This document shows positions 9,766 through 12,018 of a stretch of DNA of 12,018 bases, in pieces. Under the pieces are notes generated by a model. The model was not told the origin of the DNA, ran no database searches, and saw only the letters and a program-made list of their open reading frames with translations. Made by a program: the position numbers and the translations under genes. The stretch comes from Candidatus Methanophagaceae archaeon (GTDB lineage Archaea > Halobacteriota > Syntropharchaeia > Alkanophagales > Methanospirareceae), in the NCBI GenBank assembly GCA_003194425.1, contig PQXB01000004.1, positions 1-12,018 of the forward strand, written 5' to 3'. The first letter of the stretch is position 1. Each line of letters opens with the position of its first letter.

Positions 9766-11991
9766 TCAAGTCGTAAACCGCTTGTAAATCCGAGTTATTT
9801 TTTCAGGCAGCTTTGCGACCTCGTCGATCACGACCCACCTACTGCTGCCGTACATTCGTGGCAAATATTCCGCAGCCTCGCGGTCAACCGTAACGCAGAA
9901 CGACCTAACGCCAAACCGTTCTGCCTCCTTCAACGCCATTCTCGTGTCTTCGATCGCGTAGCTCCCGTGGTAGTCCCTGTCCAGCGGTTTGCCGTCACTC
10001 AAGAGAACGAGAATTCTCGTCTTCTCCTCCCGCTGCCGCAATTTCGTCGTCGTGTGCCGAACCGCAGGAGCAATTCTCGTCGCTTGCTCGTTCGTCATCG
10101 CCGAAATCCTACGCCGCACCCTTTGGTCGTAAGATTCCTCAAAATCCTTAATCTTGTAAAAGACCACATTCTCTCGTCCGTGCCCCGAGAATCCGAAAAT
10201 CGCAAACGCGTCGCCCAACTCCTCTAACGCCTCGGACATTAAAATTAACGCCTCTTTTTCGCACTCGATCGTCGCACCTACAGTGCTGCCGCTCACATCA
10301 ACGAGAAACGCGACTGCGATCTCCCGAGTCCGCTTTTCAGTCCGAATGTAGTTCCTCTCGGACGGCGAGAGCCGCAGTCGCTTGTCGATGAAATACTGAA
10401 CCGCGGCATCCAAGTCAATCTCGTCGCCGTCAAACTGCCCCCGTAGTCTCACCAGCCCCTCGGGCCTGATCATTTGGAACTCCCGCCTAACAACTTTTAT
10501 CAGCCCCGCGTACTTCTGAACCGTCTCGAGGTAGAACTCGTCTTCGTCTGACCCGCCCTCTAAAGTCCGTTCCCTGACCCTTGCCCAGTTTAGTCGGTAA
10601 TCTTTAATGTCACTGCCCCACTCGTGGTACAAAAAAGTCCCTCGCTCGCGGCGAAGTCCGTTTCCATTTTCCGTCCGAATTAGTGTCTCAAGCTCGCTAA
10701 AATAATCCGCGACCTCGCTCGGCTCGAGAGCCTCAATTCTTGACTCAACCTCTCGGGGCTTGACGCCTTTCTCCTTGAACAACGCTTTTAACAGTTTTTT
10801 TACTGCCTCTTTTGAACTTTTTTTTTCCTCACTTTTGTTTGGCTCGTTATTGTTTGGCTCGTTACTCGCCAGCTTCGCACTAATTTTTCTCGCGGTTCTT
10901 CCGAAATTGCCGATGTTTTGGGTGACTTGGGCTTGGTCTAAAGGGGCGGAAAAAGGCTGCAGCGGTTGCTCGGTTTGGTTGTGGTAGAGACCTTGAAAAC
11001 TCTCGTTTATCAAAAAATACAGTTCAGCCGCCACCCTCGCAGTTTCGTGGACGTCCGCCTGCGGAGAGGACAGTGTTTGGGCTACTGACAACGCTCGGTC
11101 AAGTGTTTCTTCTATTTCTTCCGGCACAGGGTCTTTCGTCGTTCCGGCGATTAACCGCTGGGCTACAACCTCGACCGCTCGCTGCTTGTCGTTGGCTAAC
11201 TCGCCGAGAGAAGTCCGCTTAGAGAGCAGGTGAGCGTTCATTTCCGCGATTTGCTCCCCGAGAACAGGGTACTCGGCTTGCAGTCGTAACTTGATTCTGT
11301 AGTCTTCAAGAACGGTCGTGAGGTCTCTCGCCAGCGCAGGCTCGGGAAAGAGCGCGTAAAATTCCTCGAGGTCGCTCGTTCCGTTTATTTTCGCTCTCCG
11401 TCTCTCCCCGTATTTCGCCTGTATTTTTCTCACCACCTCCTGAACCCGCACCAGCTCGAAATCAAAACTGCCGTACTCCAAATGCGCCTCCTCGTGCGTC
11501 GCCAAGACCTTGTACAAAACGAAATTCTTCTCCTCTTCTCTTCCGAAATCTTTAACCCTGCCTGGCAGAAAGATCCGCTCACCGTCGGTTGAGGCTGCTG
11601 CTCCCTGCCCAGCCTGCTCCGCCTCCGCAATCTCGAGTCTGTAGCCTAACAAAGCATTTAAATAGTGTAGCAAAACAGGCTTCACTTTCTTCAGCTCAAG
11701 CCCCACCGTGATGGAATCAAAAAAATCCGCGTACTCGGACAACTCGCCCCGCACAAAAGAGACCGCTTTCTCCTCGTTTCCTCCTTCTGCCACTGCCTCT
11801 GCCTGCGCGATTTCCGAAGCCTTGCAGGCGACCTTCTCCAAACCCTCGTACCCCGCCCTGCAAATTAGGTCTGGACTCGCCTCGAGCAGACTAACCGCAG
11901 TCCGCCAGCAGCCGCTGCCGCGGGTGCCGCTGCTGCCACTGCTGCCACTGCTGCCGGCAACCCGACTGCAAAGCCAGTAAACTTTTAGCAC
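9766..11991 (-). CDS. NorD/CbbO-like protein: large helical N-terminal region plus C-terminal von Willebrand factor A domain with intact MIDAS; the ORF may extend past the window edge
   Basis: The C-terminal ~186 aa form a VWA domain: FLVDVSGST is the DxSxS MIDAS motif (10285-10299), followed by FAIFGFSG and ILVLLSDGKPLD. The length (~740 aa) and an N-terminal segment ERIFLP......LYKVLATHEEAHLEYG resemble NorD/CbbO adaptors of MoxR-type AAA+ ATPases, as I recall the family. GTG 11991 is the first start in the window, but the frame has no stop up to 12018. Two in-frame repeats are present, at 11926-11955 and 10835-10864. Confidence 0.75.
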   Translation of the reverse strand: MLKVYWLCSRVAGSSGSSGSSGTRGSGCWRTAVSLLEASPDLICRAGYEGLEKVACKASEIAQAEAVAEGGNEEKAVSFVRGELSEYADFFDSITVGLELKKVKPVLLHYLNALLGYRLEIAEAEQAGQGAAASTDGERIFLPGRVKDFGREEEKNFVLYKVLATHEEAHLEYGSFDFELVRVQEVVRKIQAKYGERRRAKINGTSDLEEFYALFPEPALARDLTTVLEDYRIKLRLQAEYPVLGEQIAEMNAHLLSKRTSLGELANDKQRAVEVVAQRLIAGTTKDPVPEEIEETLDRALSVAQTLSSPQADVHETARVAAELYFLINESFQGLYHNQTEQPLQPFSAPLDQAQVTQNIGNFGRTARKISAKLASNEPNNNEPNKSEEKKSSKEAVKKLLKALFKEKGVKPREVESRIEALEPSEVADYFSELETLIRTENGNGLRRERGTFLYHEWGSDIKDYRLNWARVRERTLEGGSDEDEFYLETVQKYAGLIKVVRREFQMIRPEGLVRLRGQFDGDEIDLDAAVQYFIDKRLRLSPSERNYIRTEKRTREIAVAFLVDVSGSTVGATIECEKEALILMSEALEELGDAFAIFGFSGHGRENVVFYKIKDFEESYDQRVRRRISAMTNEQATRIAPAVRHTTTKLRQREEKTRILVLLSDGKPLDRDYHGSYAIEDTRMALKEAERFGVRSFCVTVDREAAEYLPRMYGSSRWVVIDEVAKLPEKITRIYKRFTT
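10835..10864 (-). repeat. 2 x 15-bp perfect in-frame tandem repeat inside the VWA-protein gene
   Basis: ttgtttggctcgtta occurs at 10835-10849 and 10850-10864. It encodes NEPNN/NEPNK within the low-complexity linker SNEPNNNEPNKSEEKKSSKE. Confidence 0.9.
11926..11955 (-). repeat. 9-bp in-frame tandem repeat (3 copies plus a partial) near the 5' end of the VWA-protein ORF
   Basis: gccgctgct / gccactgct / gccactgct / gcc on the plus strand. It encodes GSSGSSGSSG. Confidence 0.9.
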
Positions 11992-12018
11992 TAACTCTTT
12001 GCCCCCCTTCCCCCCCCC

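Noticed and set aside
780-11955. Could the many direct repeats be CRISPR arrays?
   Set aside because: All repeats are strictly tandem, with no unique spacers between units. Units are short (6-21 bp), lie in-frame inside ORFs, and no cas genes are present.
1-12018. Borg-like or other giant extrachromosomal element, suggested by perfect tandem repeats creating low-complexity protein regions
   Set aside because: The gene content is core housekeeping (carB, thiC, coaE, taw1, nfo, nth). Genes alternate between strands rather than following a replichore-wide single orientation. The composition is clearly not the low GC reported for Borgs. I keep the repeat phenomenon as a finding but do not call a Borg.
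12001-12018. C-rich homopolymer string (gcccccc tt ccccccccc) at the window end as a telomere-like or regulatory element
   Set aside because: It lies within the still-open reading frame of the VWA-protein gene (it would encode GGGKGG) and is cut by the window edge. It cannot be evaluated and could be another low-complexity coding tract or a sequencing artefact.
1-12018. Mobile elements, integrases, prophage or defence islands, toxin-antitoxin pairs, tRNA or rRNA genes
   Set aside because: I found no transposase, integrase or recombinase-like ORF. I saw no terminal inverted repeats flanking any block, and no tRNA-like sequence (no GTTCRAnnC T-loop context). All sizeable ORFs are accounted for by housekeeping or structural proteins.

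Overview
Gene-dense chromosomal segment that looks archaeal and probably thermophilic. Support: a Taw1/TYW1 radical-SAM enzyme, an aconitase-X (DUF126) small subunit, short AT-rich intergenic regions with TATA-like boxes about 30-35 nt upstream of start codons, oligo-T terminators, E/K/R-rich proteins and purine-rich coding strands. Lineage cannot be fixed from sequence alone. In order: the 3' end of carB (+), AcnX small subunit (+), a tail-anchored coiled-coil protein (-), taw1 (+) coupled to a bacterial-type coaE (+), a 120-aa acidic helical protein (-), thiC (+), a secreted six-repeat beta-propeller-like protein (+), a PurM/HypE/ThiL-superfamily protein (-), nfo (+) overlapping nth (+), and a NorD/CbbO-like VWA protein (-) whose ORF stays open to the window edge. 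I found no rRNA, tRNA, CRISPR array, transposase, integrase or recognisable defence or toxin gene. I do not see a discrete novel multi-gene system; this is mostly housekeeping. The most unusual signal is cross-cutting: perfect or near-perfect in-frame short tandem DNA repeats (6, 9, 15, 18 and 21 bp units, plus long polypurine tracts) sit inside at least five otherwise conserved proteins and add G/E/K/A/S/T low-complexity loops. Secondary points are extreme gene packing (0-nt and overlapping convergent junctions, 35- and 48-nt divergent spacers), an HExxH motif in the VWA protein, 81-nt perfect internal duplications in the secreted repeat protein, and a bacterial-type CoaE in an archaeal-looking context.
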